From: an uncultured virus (IMG/VR IMGVR_UViG_3300020579_000010)
Lineage: Duplodnaviria > Heunggongvirae > Uroviricota > Caudoviricetes
Strand: one strand, 5' to 3'
IMG/VR virus record: IMGVR_UViG_3300020579_000010
DNA length: 64,000 nucleotides
The translations under genes were made by a program, and so were the position numbers. Positions 8,177 to 18,345 of the stretch are shown here, piece by piece; positions within the stretch are counted from its first letter, which is position 1, and every line of letters begins with the position of its first letter. The notes beneath the pieces are model-generated. The model worked only from the letters and a program-made list of their open reading frames with translations. It was not told the DNA's origin and did no database searches.

Positions 8177-9571
8177 ATGGCAACCCTGGAATTCTCAGCC
8201 GAAACGAAGAGGCAGGTCTCGAACGCGATCGACGATGCGCTCTGCTACTCGAAACCGCTCGTCGGCGATGAGGCCGAGCTTGCGCTGCGCAAGATCATTC
8301 GAATGTCTCTCCGCCTCAAGGGCGGAATGCGTGACGAACCCGTAGGCGAGTGGTTCGAGCGAGATCTTCGAGGGCCTCACATATCACTCGATTCCGTCGT
8401 TCGTATCGTCGAGAGAGTCTGCTGTCACGATGCTTCGTTTCAGCCCGCAGGCGACATCATTTACGAGCTCGCGTTCCATTCCAAAGACCACGACAACCGC
8501 TCTCGTTTCATGTTCAAGGTGTACGGCGGACAAGAGACACAATCCATGGTCTTGTCTGGTCCCGGTAGTCGGGCCATGGGAATGTATGGTGGCGCTGCTG
8601 GTGCTGGCGGTCTCAATGCCCAGTTCGAGGCAGGCATCGCCGAACGGTTGATGCCTGCGGTCTTGGAATACGTCTCTAAGAAAGAAGCGCGTTTGGACGA
8701 TCGAACGATGCATCTTCTCGACATCTACCAAAAGCGAGAGGTTCACCATGACAGCGTCCGTCAGGCGTATACGGACAAAGAGACCGCTGTTCGTGAAATC
8801 GAAATTGCAGCCCGAGGTCTCGAATACGAACAGAAGAAAAAGGAGAAGGCAGACGAGGAGGCCGAAGCGTTCAAGAAAAAGATTGTCGATAGCATTTTCG
8901 CCGGCCTCGAAAAGCACGGTCCAAAGCTCATGGTCATGGCTATGTCGATGTTGCAACGTCGAGGCGGCGAGTCACTGCCGCCCGAGTTCAACGAGTGGTA
9001 TCAAGAGCAAAAGCGAGCAGCGAAAACCTCCAAGCCGAAAACGAATGGCGCAAACGGTGTGAACGGAGCAAAACCGAAGACGTCGCCAGAGGCCGGAACA
9101 GAGACCAAGACGGAGACCGCGTCTGGTCAAGTTCCAACGGACACAAAGGTCGAAGACGCAGAGGCAGAAGAGGTAGGGGCAGAGGCAGAAGAGGTAGGGG
9201 CAGAGGCGGAAGAGGTCGAGGAGGGCGAGCCGTCGGAGCTCGACAAGCTTCGGCTCTCGGTGGCCCTTCAAACAGCGTCGTTCTTCGCGCTCGTGCGCGC
9301 TCGTGGAAAGGAGGGCGTGATCCGCGAGGCGCTCGAGCCCGGACCGCTCCAGCTCTGGGATGCCATTGCAGACGCGTCGAGCTCCGAGGACGCTGCGTCG
9401 GATCAGGGCATTGCGCTCGTTGCGCACATGGCGCTCATGCTCGGCGCCATGATACAAAGTGATCCAGGCGTGGGGATCGTCATTCACCAAACGCTCGACG
9501 ACTTTTGCAAAGTGGCGGCCGTGAGTCTCGTGAAGCTACTAGAGGAATATCATCAGGCAGGTGGAACGTGA
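8177..9571 (+). CDS. Hypothetical coiled-coil protein with AEAEEVG tandem repeat
   Basis: 464 aa; 21-bp tandem repeat ~9157-9220. Confidence 0.75.
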   Translation: MATLEFSAETKRQVSNAIDDALCYSKPLVGDEAELALRKIIRMSLRLKGGMRDEPVGEWFERDLRGPHISLDSVVRIVERVCCHDASFQPAGDIIYELAFHSKDHDNRSRFMFKVYGGQETQSMVLSGPGSRAMGMYGGAAGAGGLNAQFEAGIAERLMPAVLEYVSKKEARLDDRTMHLLDIYQKREVHHDSVRQAYTDKETAVREIEIAARGLEYEQKKKEKADEEAEAFKKKIVDSIFAGLEKHGPKLMVMAMSMLQRRGGESLPPEFNEWYQEQKRAAKTSKPKTNGANGVNGAKPKTSPEAGTETKTETASGQVPTDTKVEDAEAEEVGAEAEEVGAEAEEVEEGEPSELDKLRLSVALQTASFFALVRARGKEGVIREALEPGPLQLWDAIADASSSEDAASDQGIALVAHMALMLGAMIQSDPGVGIVIHQTLDDFCKVAAVSLVKLLEEYHQAGGT

Positions 9572-9755
9572 GGACGCGTTGTAATTTCTGTAAGCGTGGC
9601 ATTCTCGTTCAGGCTAGGCGAATGACTCGATGCGTGTGTGGAGCACGCAATTACGGAGTGCCAGTTTCAGTTCCGACACCTGTATTACGGTTTCCTCCAT
9701 TCGTTCCGACGCCTAAACCCAAAAGCCGAAAACCCGATAGCGGTGGGAAGTAGCA

Positions 9756-10358
9756 GTGGACTACACCGGGGCGAAGCGTGACGGTGAAGACGAAGAGTCC
9801 ATCGAGCACGCTTTCTTTCGCCAAGTGTGCGAAGACCTCATCGCACGTGTTCACCCAGTCGAGCGGCAAGGACCACGAGGCGCGTCTTCTTCGCCTCGTC
9901 GCCACGAGATCATTTCAAGTTGGCGGCTCGCTGGCTATCGCTTCGCGACGCATTTGCTTCCGGTAAAACATGTTCGCACCCCTGAGGAGCTTCGCTCGTT
10001 CGTTGACGGACTCGAGCAACGATTGAACGAGTACGAGCTAGAGCACGAAAGCAAGATGCCTTGGGTGGAAGCCAGTGGAGAGGTCGACTGGGAGAAGATC
10101 GAATCGAAGGCGCAGAAATTTCTTCGGCTCGCTACTCACGCAGGGACGCCTCTTCATGAGGCTACAGCTGCTAGCGCAGCAATCGTGAAGATGATCGTGA
10201 GCGGCGATCTTTCGCTCTTGTCATTCGAACGCGTGCATGATCTCGTGTGGAAGTACAAACGGCTCAAGGAAGCGTTCAAGGTCGCTCGCTTGAAAAATCC
10301 CTCGGATTACTTGTACGGAACCCGCGAACAGCGCGAAGATGGCGAACGAAATCGTTGA
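9756..10358 (+). CDS. Hypothetical protein
   Basis: 200 aa; KFLRLA...HEA..A resembles DUF2786-like segments; ends 15 bp before the array. Confidence 0.6.
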   Translation: MDYTGAKRDGEDEESIEHAFFRQVCEDLIARVHPVERQGPRGASSSPRRHEIISSWRLAGYRFATHLLPVKHVRTPEELRSFVDGLEQRLNEYELEHESKMPWVEASGEVDWEKIESKAQKFLRLATHAGTPLHEATAASAAIVKMIVSGDLSLLSFERVHDLVWKYKRLKEAFKVARLKNPSDYLYGTREQREDGERNR

Positions 10359-10373
10359 CGCCCACGTGCCGAT

Positions 10374-11001
10374 GTCAACGATTGCACGGCTCGTCGCAGC
10401 CATTGAGACCCGGTACGCAGGCGGCATCGTCGCCTTCAGCACGTGGAGTCGACGATTGCACGGCTCGTCGCAGCCATTGAGACACGACGAGGGCAGGTAC
10501 AAGTGGGCGATCGTCTACGAGACGTCGACGATTGCACGGCTCGTCGCAGCCATTGAGACACGTGATGATGCCGTTGGGGAGCGCCACAGGTTGCGGCGGT
10601 CGACGATTGCACGGCTCGTCGCAGCCATTGAGACGAGGGTCCACACGAGTACGCTCACAGCGCCCGCCAGCAGGTCGACGATTGCACGGCTCGTCGCAGC
10701 CATTGAGACAGCCCACGAACGAAGGTGAGAGCAAAGGTGTCACCGCGTCGACGATTGCACGGCTCGTCGCAGCCATTGAGACGCAACTGTGCGCGAGCGT
10801 CTCGTCGGTGCCGCGCGCGTCGACGCTTGCACGGCTCGTCGCAGCCATTGAGACCTCCCAGCAGGGATTCCAAGTACACGTGTCCTTGGGCGTCGACGAT
10901 TGCACGGCTCGTCGCAGCCATTGAGACAGACCGCACCTGTCGTGCCGCCCGTCGCGCCGCTCACGGTCGACGATTGCACGGCTCGTCGCAGCCATTGAGA
11001 C
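10374..11001 (+). CRISPR. CRISPR array, 9 repeats (36 bp) and 8 spacers (36-40 bp)
   Basis: Repeat GTCGACGATTGCACGGCTCGTCGCAGCCATTGAGAC at 10374, 10448, 10524, 10599, 10674, 10747, 10819, 10892, 10966; single variants in repeats 1 and 7. Strand inferred from the ATTGAGAC 3' end. Confidence 0.98.
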
Positions 11002-11020
11002 TCCTCTCTGGAGAGAGTTG

Positions 11021-12886
11021 TCATTCTGCGCTGTTATCGCTGGCATTGCGAAAGGTTCCCATTCGCTGCTGCTTTTCGGTCCGAAGACGTCTTGCTTTTT
11101 TCCATCTCCCCTCTGATTTCGCCGCTTTGGCATTGCGAGCGCCTCCGGCATTTTGCGCTTTACGCCACCGCTCGCAAAGGTTGTTGCTCGCACGCACGTC
11201 CTGGTCTTGCTTGGCACCACACGACGAGCACGTTACATCGATTTCAGTTTCCGCATCCAATCCACGATCGACGACGCCACACGCTGTGCACGTTCGCGTT
11301 GTATCTTCACATGGCGCAAGCTCGACACGTCCGCCGTGGGAGATAAAAGCCTCTTCGAGGGCTTGGCGTAGCTCGCTTGTTGCTGCGAGGTGTCTGTTTG
11401 ACCTTGCCGTCTCGTTCTCTGGTTCCATCTCCGTTTGAGCTCGGCGGGCGAACTTTCGGAGATCCATGGGTTTGGTTCGGTCATCTTCTGCTCGATCTTC
11501 GAGTACCAGCACCTCGTATTTTTCCGCGAGCCGAGCCCCGAACACTCGGTACTTTTCGCGTCGCCGTCGCAGCGCCTTGGTGCGCTGATCGCATTCCCAT
11601 TGGTAGTGCTGGCTGTCCCAGTACCTCCAAGACTCGAGCAAATCGAAGACCTCTTCATCGTTTGCGAAGCGCTCCTTGCTCCAACGCTTCGAGAGCGAGA
11701 CAAGCCTAGCCGGTGAACGCCACACATGCATATGCAGCGTCGACATGGAAAGCCACGCTGGAACTTCGAGCGTCGCAAGCTTGTCTCGCACAATGAGACG
11801 AATCGCATCAAACCTCTTGTCTCGAATGCTCCTGATTTCATCTGCCTTGCGTAAACGCGTAATCTCATGAGGACTAAGACGAAGCTCACCAATGTCCTGA
11901 CCGTCTTCTGATGCGTAGGCGCACACACGGAGACCTGCGTCGTCATCCGTGACAACACGCCAGCCGATGTCGACTCCCACGGCTCCTTCGACTCCGCCGC
12001 CGCGTCCCCACCCGTGCTCTTCGCGAATTGCGCTCGTTACGTTCGGGCATTCAATCGTAAGCTCGGCGGACCATATCTCACGCGAGCTGTGGCGGCGCAA
12101 AGAAACGTTGCATCTTTTGATACGCGCCGCGGGCGGAAGAGGTCGATGCATGATGAGAGGCCAAGATGCCCAAACTGGCTTGCGTCCTTCTGATCCGACA
12201 CGTAGCGAAAGAGTGCGAAGAGTTCGCACGTGCTTGCCGTCGTTCCAATTCGGTTCGCTGATGCGAAGTCGTGTATCTTCAGAGCTGAGCACCTCGCCAG
12301 GCGTCATGCCATTTTGAATTTGCATTCCGATTTGACCTTCGCCAGTCCAGCGTTCAAAGCGAGGATCATTCGGCGTAGAATCGTCGTAAAGCGGCTGCTT
12401 CGCAGCGGCCTTGACCTCGTCTTCGGCAAGTAGATACGAGCCCCAATACGACGTCGTGAGCGCTCGGGCTCCACGAACGAGCTCGGCTGCGCGTTCGTTG
12501 ATGACATCGCGTGCAGAAATCATTTCTGGACGAACACGCGCTCGGCAATCATAGAGTGCTTGCGATGTCGTACGTCTCACGATTCGGGCCTGTTTGACGC
12601 GTTCTTTCATCACGTTTGTTTCGGATCGGCTGCGAGACTTGCTGCGAGCAAGGCGAATGGCTTGGCGTGACTCTTCCAGCTCCACGAGCGCTGCACGTGA
12701 AGCTGCCATCGCCGTAGCAAGCTCAGAATGTTGCTCCTCGACGTTTCTCATCGCCGTACGTCGACCTCTTTCGATTTCGATGAGCGTGTTGCGATAGTCG
12801 TGTTTGGCACGAAGCTGCGCCCGTACGAGCGCTTCGTTCTGAATGGGTCGAAGAAGACCGTACTTGTAGACTCGAATCATCGTCAT
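11021..12886 (-). CDS. cas12m: Compact type V effector, Cas12m (V-U1/V-M)-like, 621 aa
   Basis: VYKYGLLRP, YWGSY, FERWTGEGQIGMQIQNGM, PLIMHRPLP motifs; RuvC-I GVDIGWR, RuvC-II LVLED, CxxC..CxxC, RuvC-III DQDVRASNNL; adjacent to array. Start re-assigned to ATGA overlap at 12886. Confidence 0.8.
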   Translation of the reverse strand: MTMIRVYKYGLLRPIQNEALVRAQLRAKHDYRNTLIEIERGRRTAMRNVEEQHSELATAMAASRAALVELEESRQAIRLARSKSRSRSETNVMKERVKQARIVRRTTSQALYDCRARVRPEMISARDVINERAAELVRGARALTTSYWGSYLLAEDEVKAAAKQPLYDDSTPNDPRFERWTGEGQIGMQIQNGMTPGEVLSSEDTRLRISEPNWNDGKHVRTLRTLSLRVGSEGRKPVWASWPLIMHRPLPPAARIKRCNVSLRRHSSREIWSAELTIECPNVTSAIREEHGWGRGGGVEGAVGVDIGWRVVTDDDAGLRVCAYASEDGQDIGELRLSPHEITRLRKADEIRSIRDKRFDAIRLIVRDKLATLEVPAWLSMSTLHMHVWRSPARLVSLSKRWSKERFANDEEVFDLLESWRYWDSQHYQWECDQRTKALRRRREKYRVFGARLAEKYEVLVLEDRAEDDRTKPMDLRKFARRAQTEMEPENETARSNRHLAATSELRQALEEAFISHGGRVELAPCEDTTRTCTACGVVDRGLDAETEIDVTCSSCGAKQDQDVRASNNLCERWRKAQNAGGARNAKAAKSEGRWKKARRLRTEKQQRMGTFRNASDNSAE

Positions 12887-13092
12887 TTTTCTCGCCTCTT
12901 CTCTTTTTGGCGCTGCTCTTCGATGATTGCGTCGAGACCTTTTCGCAGCGCAGATCGAAAGATGTCGGTGCGTGTAACCGTTGCAAATCCATGCTCCGTA
13001 GCCCGCTTGGCACAGCCACTTGCGTCCTCGACCCACTTTCGAGGCATCTTGATCGTCATCGACTGAGTGTTATCGCTGCGAGGTCTGGGCAT
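12883..13092 (-). CDS. Ribbon-helix-helix-like regulator
   Basis: TIKMP..W...TRTDIFRSALRKGL; paralog of 45458..45691. Confidence 0.7.
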   Translation of the reverse strand: MPRPRSDNTQSMTIKMPRKWVEDASGCAKRATEHGFATVTRTDIFRSALRKGLDAIIEEQRQKEKRREK

Positions 13093-13100
13093 GTCCCAGC

Positions 13101-13129
13101 ACGTTACAGCGCGTAGTGCACTCTGTCAA
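13101..13129 (-). promoter_or_regulatory. sigma70 promoter TTGACA-N17-TAACGT for the RHH-cas operon (probably leaderless)
   Basis: -10 ends 8 nt before ATG 13092; palindrome CTGGG-CATGT-CCCAG over the start codon. Confidence 0.65.
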
Positions 13130-13338
13130 GGTTCAGAACCAAGCTCGAATCCCGATAGACCAGCGGATTTATTTGACTGGTCTTTTTGGCACGGATGACG
13201 CAAAATCTCGGTTGACTTTGCCGGCTGTTGTTAGGACGGGCGACAAGGTTGCGACAGAACGAACATCGTGCCGAGCGGAGCCCGTCCTATGACCCATGTA
13301 ATCGTCAATGCCTACCTCTTCATCTCCGGTGAAGTCTG

Positions 13339-14646
13339 ATGGCAAACGGAGGCCCTAATCCCCTCATCGGAGGCGGCGTCGGCGCCGCTGGCTGGGACCC
13401 GCGCCGCCCGCGCGATCAGCTTCACGGCGAGTACGATCTTCTCTGGCAATACGACTACCTTGGTCGCCCTGCTCCGCTCGGTTACATGTTCAATCGGATG
13501 GGCGAGCTCGTTCAACTCCCCTATCAGCCAAACGCTGACGGTCCTCAGATGCGTTGGGGCGACCCTCAAAACCCTCAATATCTTGCATTCGTGCAAGGGC
13601 GAATGTCGCTCGAGAATCAGCCTCTTCCAGATGGCTCCACTCCTCCCCGTTATGGGATGAGGGACGCGACAGGACATCAGCCTCAACTCACAGAGCGAGA
13701 AGTCGCGCTTGTGCCGCAGCAAGCGTACCTCGATTTGAAAGGCGATGAAGTTCCGCATCAAGACGAAGGAACGTCATCGAACGCCGTCTTCGATTCGCCG
13801 TCGTCTCCAGTTCGATCGCGATATCACCTTTCGAAAGAAATGCTCGGGCTCGTTCAAGTTGATCCCCCTACACCGGGTTCGCCTCTCTTGGTGGTACCTC
13901 TTGGTGACTCACTCATCACGGCACCTGCAATAGCGCCAGTTGCTTTCTTTGGTGGCGCCGTGTCACTTGGACTGGCTCAGTTTGGCCACAAGGGCGGTTC
14001 GACTGAATTGACGTTCGACGTCTTGCCTGGAAGTCTGGTGAAGATTCCGGCTGTTCCGTCGATGATGCGAATGGCAGGACGCATTGCGCCCCGCTACTTT
14101 GCAAACGACGGCGGTACGCCTCTTCGTCAGTACCTCCTTTTCCCTGGCGGTCCAGTCCTTACGCAAGCATCGTTTTCGAATTTGCCGCCGAACATCATGT
14201 CCCTTCAAGGCGGAGGCCCTGGCACCATCGTCGCAGCTGGCGTAGCTGCTAATCCCGTCACGTTTTCGGGTTGGAGCGGCAAAGGTCTCTCGCCAACGCC
14301 TGACGAAGCGACGCTTCCTGTTCGTATTTTCCGCGGCTCGGTACTCTCGAGCGCAGCGACAGGGGCTCCAACGAACGCATCGCGCATTCCAATCCCGTTT
14401 GGTGCGATTGGCGTTGCTCTCTTTGGTGGCATTTTCAATTCGGGGCTCACTCCATCGACCGTGCCCATCACATGGACGCAAAATCTCGACGTTGCCGGTG
14501 CGACTGTTGGGCCGTTTCCATCCGATGGCGAGTCGATCATTCCTATCGTTCAAGGAGCAACGTCGATTGACGTGTTTGGCGGCAACAGTGCCGCTATAGG
14601 GGATCTCGAAATCCCATTCTTTGCGTACTATTACATCAATGTATAG
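13339..14646 (+). CDS. Hypothetical beta-rich protein, possibly virion structural
   Basis: 435 aa, Gly/Pro and beta-strand-rich C-terminal part. Confidence 0.7.
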   Translation: MANGGPNPLIGGGVGAAGWDPRRPRDQLHGEYDLLWQYDYLGRPAPLGYMFNRMGELVQLPYQPNADGPQMRWGDPQNPQYLAFVQGRMSLENQPLPDGSTPPRYGMRDATGHQPQLTEREVALVPQQAYLDLKGDEVPHQDEGTSSNAVFDSPSSPVRSRYHLSKEMLGLVQVDPPTPGSPLLVVPLGDSLITAPAIAPVAFFGGAVSLGLAQFGHKGGSTELTFDVLPGSLVKIPAVPSMMRMAGRIAPRYFANDGGTPLRQYLLFPGGPVLTQASFSNLPPNIMSLQGGGPGTIVAAGVAANPVTFSGWSGKGLSPTPDEATLPVRIFRGSVLSSAATGAPTNASRIPIPFGAIGVALFGGIFNSGLTPSTVPITWTQNLDVAGATVGPFPSDGESIIPIVQGATSIDVFGGNSAAIGDLEIPFFAYYYINV

Positions 14647-14699
14647 TACATTCATCGTGTTCGGAACATGAAGTTTCAAAGAGGTAAAGAGGTTTTCCA

Positions 14700-15722
14700 A
14701 TGACTCAGCAAAATGCGAATCATCAAAACAAGAATACGACGCCAGACGACTTGTACGCTGCCGTCGTGGCAAACGTGCTCGCGAAGGTATCGGGACCTGG
14801 CGTCTCCGAGGTGACTGCCAAGGAGCTCGCGGACGGGATCGCTTCGGAGTGTGTTGCCGAATGTGGGCGCATGGGTCTTTTCAACCATTCGCAGCCTACG
14901 CAGCATGTGCAGCTCGCAGTGCAACCCGAAGCCAGCGGAGCCGCGAAGCCCGAAGTCGGTGGAAACGGATTTGGCGCGCCGTCGTTTGCGGATACTTCGA
15001 TGCCAAGTTACGGCGTTACTCCGACGACAGCACCCGTAGGCGCACCGGGAGCTCCTGCATTGCACTACAACCATCCTGCAGTGCAACCGCAACCGCAGCC
15101 ACAGTCTTATCCGCAAGTGGGTCCAGGACCTTTACCTCCTACGCAAGGTGCGCCGCCTTCGCAGGTGATTGGTGCTTTGCAACCGGTATCGCAATCACCG
15201 ACCGTACATCCTTCGTACGTGACAGCTCCGAATGGAGGCTCTCAACCTCAGGTTGCGCAAGAGTCTCGTGTCGTGTTTCAGCCCGACGTCGTCGAGTCTG
15301 ACGTACCCTGGTATCCGCCGCATCTCGCTTACATGCACAAGAAGCCTGTGCCGCCGCCTCAGGTTCAAGCGCCTCAACCGACTCAAGTGCCACAGGTGCC
15401 AGGAACGCCAGAGCCCGCTCAAGCTGTACCAAGCATGGCTTCTTCGACATCCATGGCGCCTCCTCCAGAAGTGGGCGGTCAGAAGATCGTCAATGCAACG
15501 GGCGACGCCTACATGCCTCCAGCTCCTGCAGGAGTCATGAACACCGTCGTGCATCTTCCGACGCCGCAAGGTCACAGCGCGCTCGGTCTCAGCGGCGTCA
15601 TCTCGCAGCCTGAGGTCAAATCGAGCCAGTACGAGCGCGTTGTCGCCCCTCAGAACGAGCGCGTTATCACTCCCATTGGCACGGGCGGCACGCAGTTCGT
15701 TCCCGAGAACATCGTCAAGTGA
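14700..15722 (+). CDS. Pro/Gln-rich disordered protein
   Basis: 340 aa. Confidence 0.7.
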   Translation: MTQQNANHQNKNTTPDDLYAAVVANVLAKVSGPGVSEVTAKELADGIASECVAECGRMGLFNHSQPTQHVQLAVQPEASGAAKPEVGGNGFGAPSFADTSMPSYGVTPTTAPVGAPGAPALHYNHPAVQPQPQPQSYPQVGPGPLPPTQGAPPSQVIGALQPVSQSPTVHPSYVTAPNGGSQPQVAQESRVVFQPDVVESDVPWYPPHLAYMHKKPVPPPQVQAPQPTQVPQVPGTPEPAQAVPSMASSTSMAPPPEVGGQKIVNATGDAYMPPAPAGVMNTVVHLPTPQGHSALGLSGVISQPEVKSSQYERVVAPQNERVITPIGTGGTQFVPENIVK

Positions 15723-15729
15723 TTCACTG

Positions 15730-15969
15730 ATGACGTCCGATCAACGTGCTCAAATCAGTACAGCGCTCGCACGTTACGGTGCCGGTCTCTCTGGCGACTT
15801 CATCGCAAAGGGCGATAAGGTCTTGCCGGTGAGCTTCGAAGTGAAGAAGAACCGATTGCGTGTCATGGGAGGATCGGAACGTCTACTTGCTAGCTATCCT
15901 GTATCTCGCATCGGTACTGACGTCTCCGATTTCGTTGAGAAGTTCTGGTATTGGAAGCCTATTCGATGA
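15730..15969 (+). CDS. Hypothetical protein
   Basis: ATG 15730, coupled to next gene. Confidence 0.55.
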   Translation: MTSDQRAQISTALARYGAGLSGDFIAKGDKVLPVSFEVKKNRLRVMGGSERLLASYPVSRIGTDVSDFVEKFWYWKPIR

Positions 15970-16220
15970 CTGTGTCCAAACCCGACTATGCAAAGTGGTC
16001 GCTCTACCTCGGAGGCGGCTCTTTGCTCGTCGGACTTGGGTATTGGTGGTGGCAGGCGAAGAACGCTGCGTCAGAAGCGAAATGGCATCGCAAATACGAC
16101 GAGACGCGCAAAGCCATCCAGGACATGCAGACCGCGCATGGGCTCTATCCGTCTGGCAAGTTCGACATTCCAACACAGAACCTTTTGAAGACGCTTGCGA
16201 GCGCTTCGAAGGCAGCGTAA
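15966..16220 (+). CDS. Membrane protein with partial peptidoglycan-binding-like motif
   Basis: N-terminal TM, then TRKAIQDMQTAHGLYPSGKFD. Confidence 0.55.
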   Translation: MTVSKPDYAKWSLYLGGGSLLVGLGYWWWQAKNAASEAKWHRKYDETRKAIQDMQTAHGLYPSGKFDIPTQNLLKTLASASKAA

Positions 16221-16231
16221 GGCCAGCGCGG

Positions 16232-16903
16232 ATGGGAAGGCTCGTCAACGGAGTGACCAAGGGGATACCGGGCTTTCTTCGTTGTGGCTGCGCAAACGAT
16301 CCTTCGGTGCCACCAGGTCCCATTCGCTGCGCGGCCAAAGGGCATCGCTGCCCATGGTGCTTGCACCGCGGTCACGGCGAAGAGACGTGTGAGTTGCGAC
16401 GAAGAGGTGTTCGTCCTAACTTTGTGGACTACGTTCCGCCTGTACCTGTCGAGATGCACGCGGAGATGAACAAGCTGCGCGTTAGGCGCGATGAGAGGGT
16501 GAAGACGTACATGAACGGCTATAGCGGAAACGGACACGGTAATCCGAACGATATGCTCGCAAGAGGCCTTCCAACAGAGGTGCAGATCACACCTGAGCAA
16601 GACTTCAAGAGGCGGCTCATTCATTTCATGTCGGAGTTCTGCTCGCGAGGCTTTTCGGTGCGGGAAGCCACGTACAAGGCCATCAAAGCCACGGCGGACT
16701 CGTACAACGATGGCCGAGAGATTTCGGTGTCGGAAGAGGCGTTCGAGAAGCTCGTTCTAGGCTTCGAGGCTGATCTCGAGCGCTGGAAGACTTCTCAGGA
16801 AGAGGCGGCTCGCGCCAACGGCGTCGCCGTCGGTGGAGGCGTTGTCGTCGAGCTCGTGCCCGAGGGCGAGTTCTACGAGCGCGTTCCCGGTGCGAGAAGA
16901 TAG
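16232..16903 (+). CDS. Hypothetical protein with Cys/His cluster
   Basis: Internal start of the 347-aa ORF. Confidence 0.55.
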   Translation: MGRLVNGVTKGIPGFLRCGCANDPSVPPGPIRCAAKGHRCPWCLHRGHGEETCELRRRGVRPNFVDYVPPVPVEMHAEMNKLRVRRDERVKTYMNGYSGNGHGNPNDMLARGLPTEVQITPEQDFKRRLIHFMSEFCSRGFSVREATYKAIKATADSYNDGREISVSEEAFEKLVLGFEADLERWKTSQEEAARANGVAVGGGVVVELVPEGEFYERVPGARR

Positions 16904-16918
16904 GAAGGTCGGTTTCTG

Positions 16919-18264
16919 ATGAAGCACGCTCCGTTGACTCAGGCTTCGCTTCGGAAGTACCAGCAGACGCTGCTTGATTGCACGGTTGCGGCGCGGAGGC
17001 TCCTTGATCTCGCTTCTCCATCCATCAACGCAACCGATGGAACGATCACTTCGAAGCAGTACCAGGACGTCTTGGACGATGCTCTTCGAACGCTCGACCA
17101 AGTAGGCGCTCTCGTGCAAGCGCTGGAGAAGAAGCGATGAGCGCGGCGAATCTTCGTGAAATTCGGACGCGCGCAACGAAGATTGCGAATGCGTTTCGCA
17201 AGATCAAAGCGTTCGACAAGGTTCATGCTCCGAGAAAAACACAAGGCGGCATAATCACTCCTTGGGTCGGATACGAGGTCGAGCTCGAATACGTGCCTGG
17301 TGGAACATCGGCTGCTGCACCCGAGCACTACTACATCGAAGTACGCGGCGTTACTTTGGGCGACATCCATGTTGACGGCGGCGCGTGGGCCCCTGCTGGG
17401 ATGATTCACGACATTCGTGCTGCGGCTGTAAACGCTGTTCGGTAGGAGCTGACATGAAGGACGACGCTATTGAGTTCGACGCCGACGAAATCGAGGCGGC
17501 CTCCCACTGGTACGGAGGCCAAGGATCGATGCTCTACGCGATCACGTCGACAGGGTCGCTCAGCCGAGGAACGATTCGTCCTCGCAACGACGACGGGAGC
17601 CCGATGACGGATGATGAATGGCTGGCTGATCTCGCCGCCAGGCTCGAAGCGGAAGCCAACATGTGCGCGGGCGATGCCCGCAAGCAGGCCAAGAAAGCTC
17701 GAGGCAAGCAGCGCCAAGAGCTTTTGAACGAGGCAGACCTCCTCGACAGCATCGCAAGAAAAGCGGCGCGAGGACCGTAATACGATGCTCCTCGCAGGAC
17801 GCTTACCGAAATACGAGCCCAAGGTCGTATCGTTTTCTCCAGTCCCGGCCGAGTACGAGACTTTTCCGTGGAATTCTGCGTCGCCCCAAGCGGCCACTCA
17901 GAGTGTCAAGCCCAAGGCGACAAAGGCGCAAGAACCGAGCTCGCCGCCTGCTCCGGCGCCGCCGTCCAATCCGATGAAGGGCAAGAAGCGTTCAAAGGGC
18001 GCCGGGAAGCGTCGCATTACCATGCCGGAGACTTGCTGGGTTTCGGGATGTCAGGGCCATATGCACATCGGTCGCGGTGGAACGGCGGCCGGATTTTGCG
18101 CGCAGCATTGGCGCAAGCTTTCAAGAGGTCTTCGCATCGAGCTGCTTCTTGGGAGGGTCAGGCGAGCGCGGTTCGAGCATTTTCTTGCGCAGGCGTTCGT
18201 TGCGCTCGGTCTTCCTCCATTGCTTGGTTTCGAGACAGTGGCGAGGCTGTCAGAAAAACGGTAG
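16919..18264 (+). CDS. Four small hypothetical genes (16919-17140, 17137-17445, 17454-17780, 17785-18264)
   Basis: Tightly packed ORFs with overlaps or RBS. Confidence 0.55.
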
Positions 18265-18345
18265 GATCTCCGTCCAGATCGTCATGATGCGTTTCAAGGC
18301 TTTTCCGCTCCATACGTGACCCTCGAAAGAGGGGTCTTTCCGTAT

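Noticed and set aside
10221..11438. Repetitive ORFs (STIARLVAAIET / VSMAATSRAIVD units)
   Set aside because: Translations of the CRISPR repeats.
12887..13036. 671-aa start for the Cas12 ORF
   Set aside because: Overlaps the RHH gene; the ATGA-coupled start at 12886 gives a family-typical N-terminus.
11021..13092. IS200/IS605 or IS607 transposon with TnpB
   Set aside because: No TnpA (Y1 or serine recombinase); the protein is larger than typical TnpB and abuts a CRISPR array.
13224..13242. Match of the solitary-repeat flank (GTTGTTTGGGCGG) to GTTGTTAGGACGG upstream of the cas operon
   Set aside because: Only 11/13 and the repeat-proximal seed does not match; compatible with chance.
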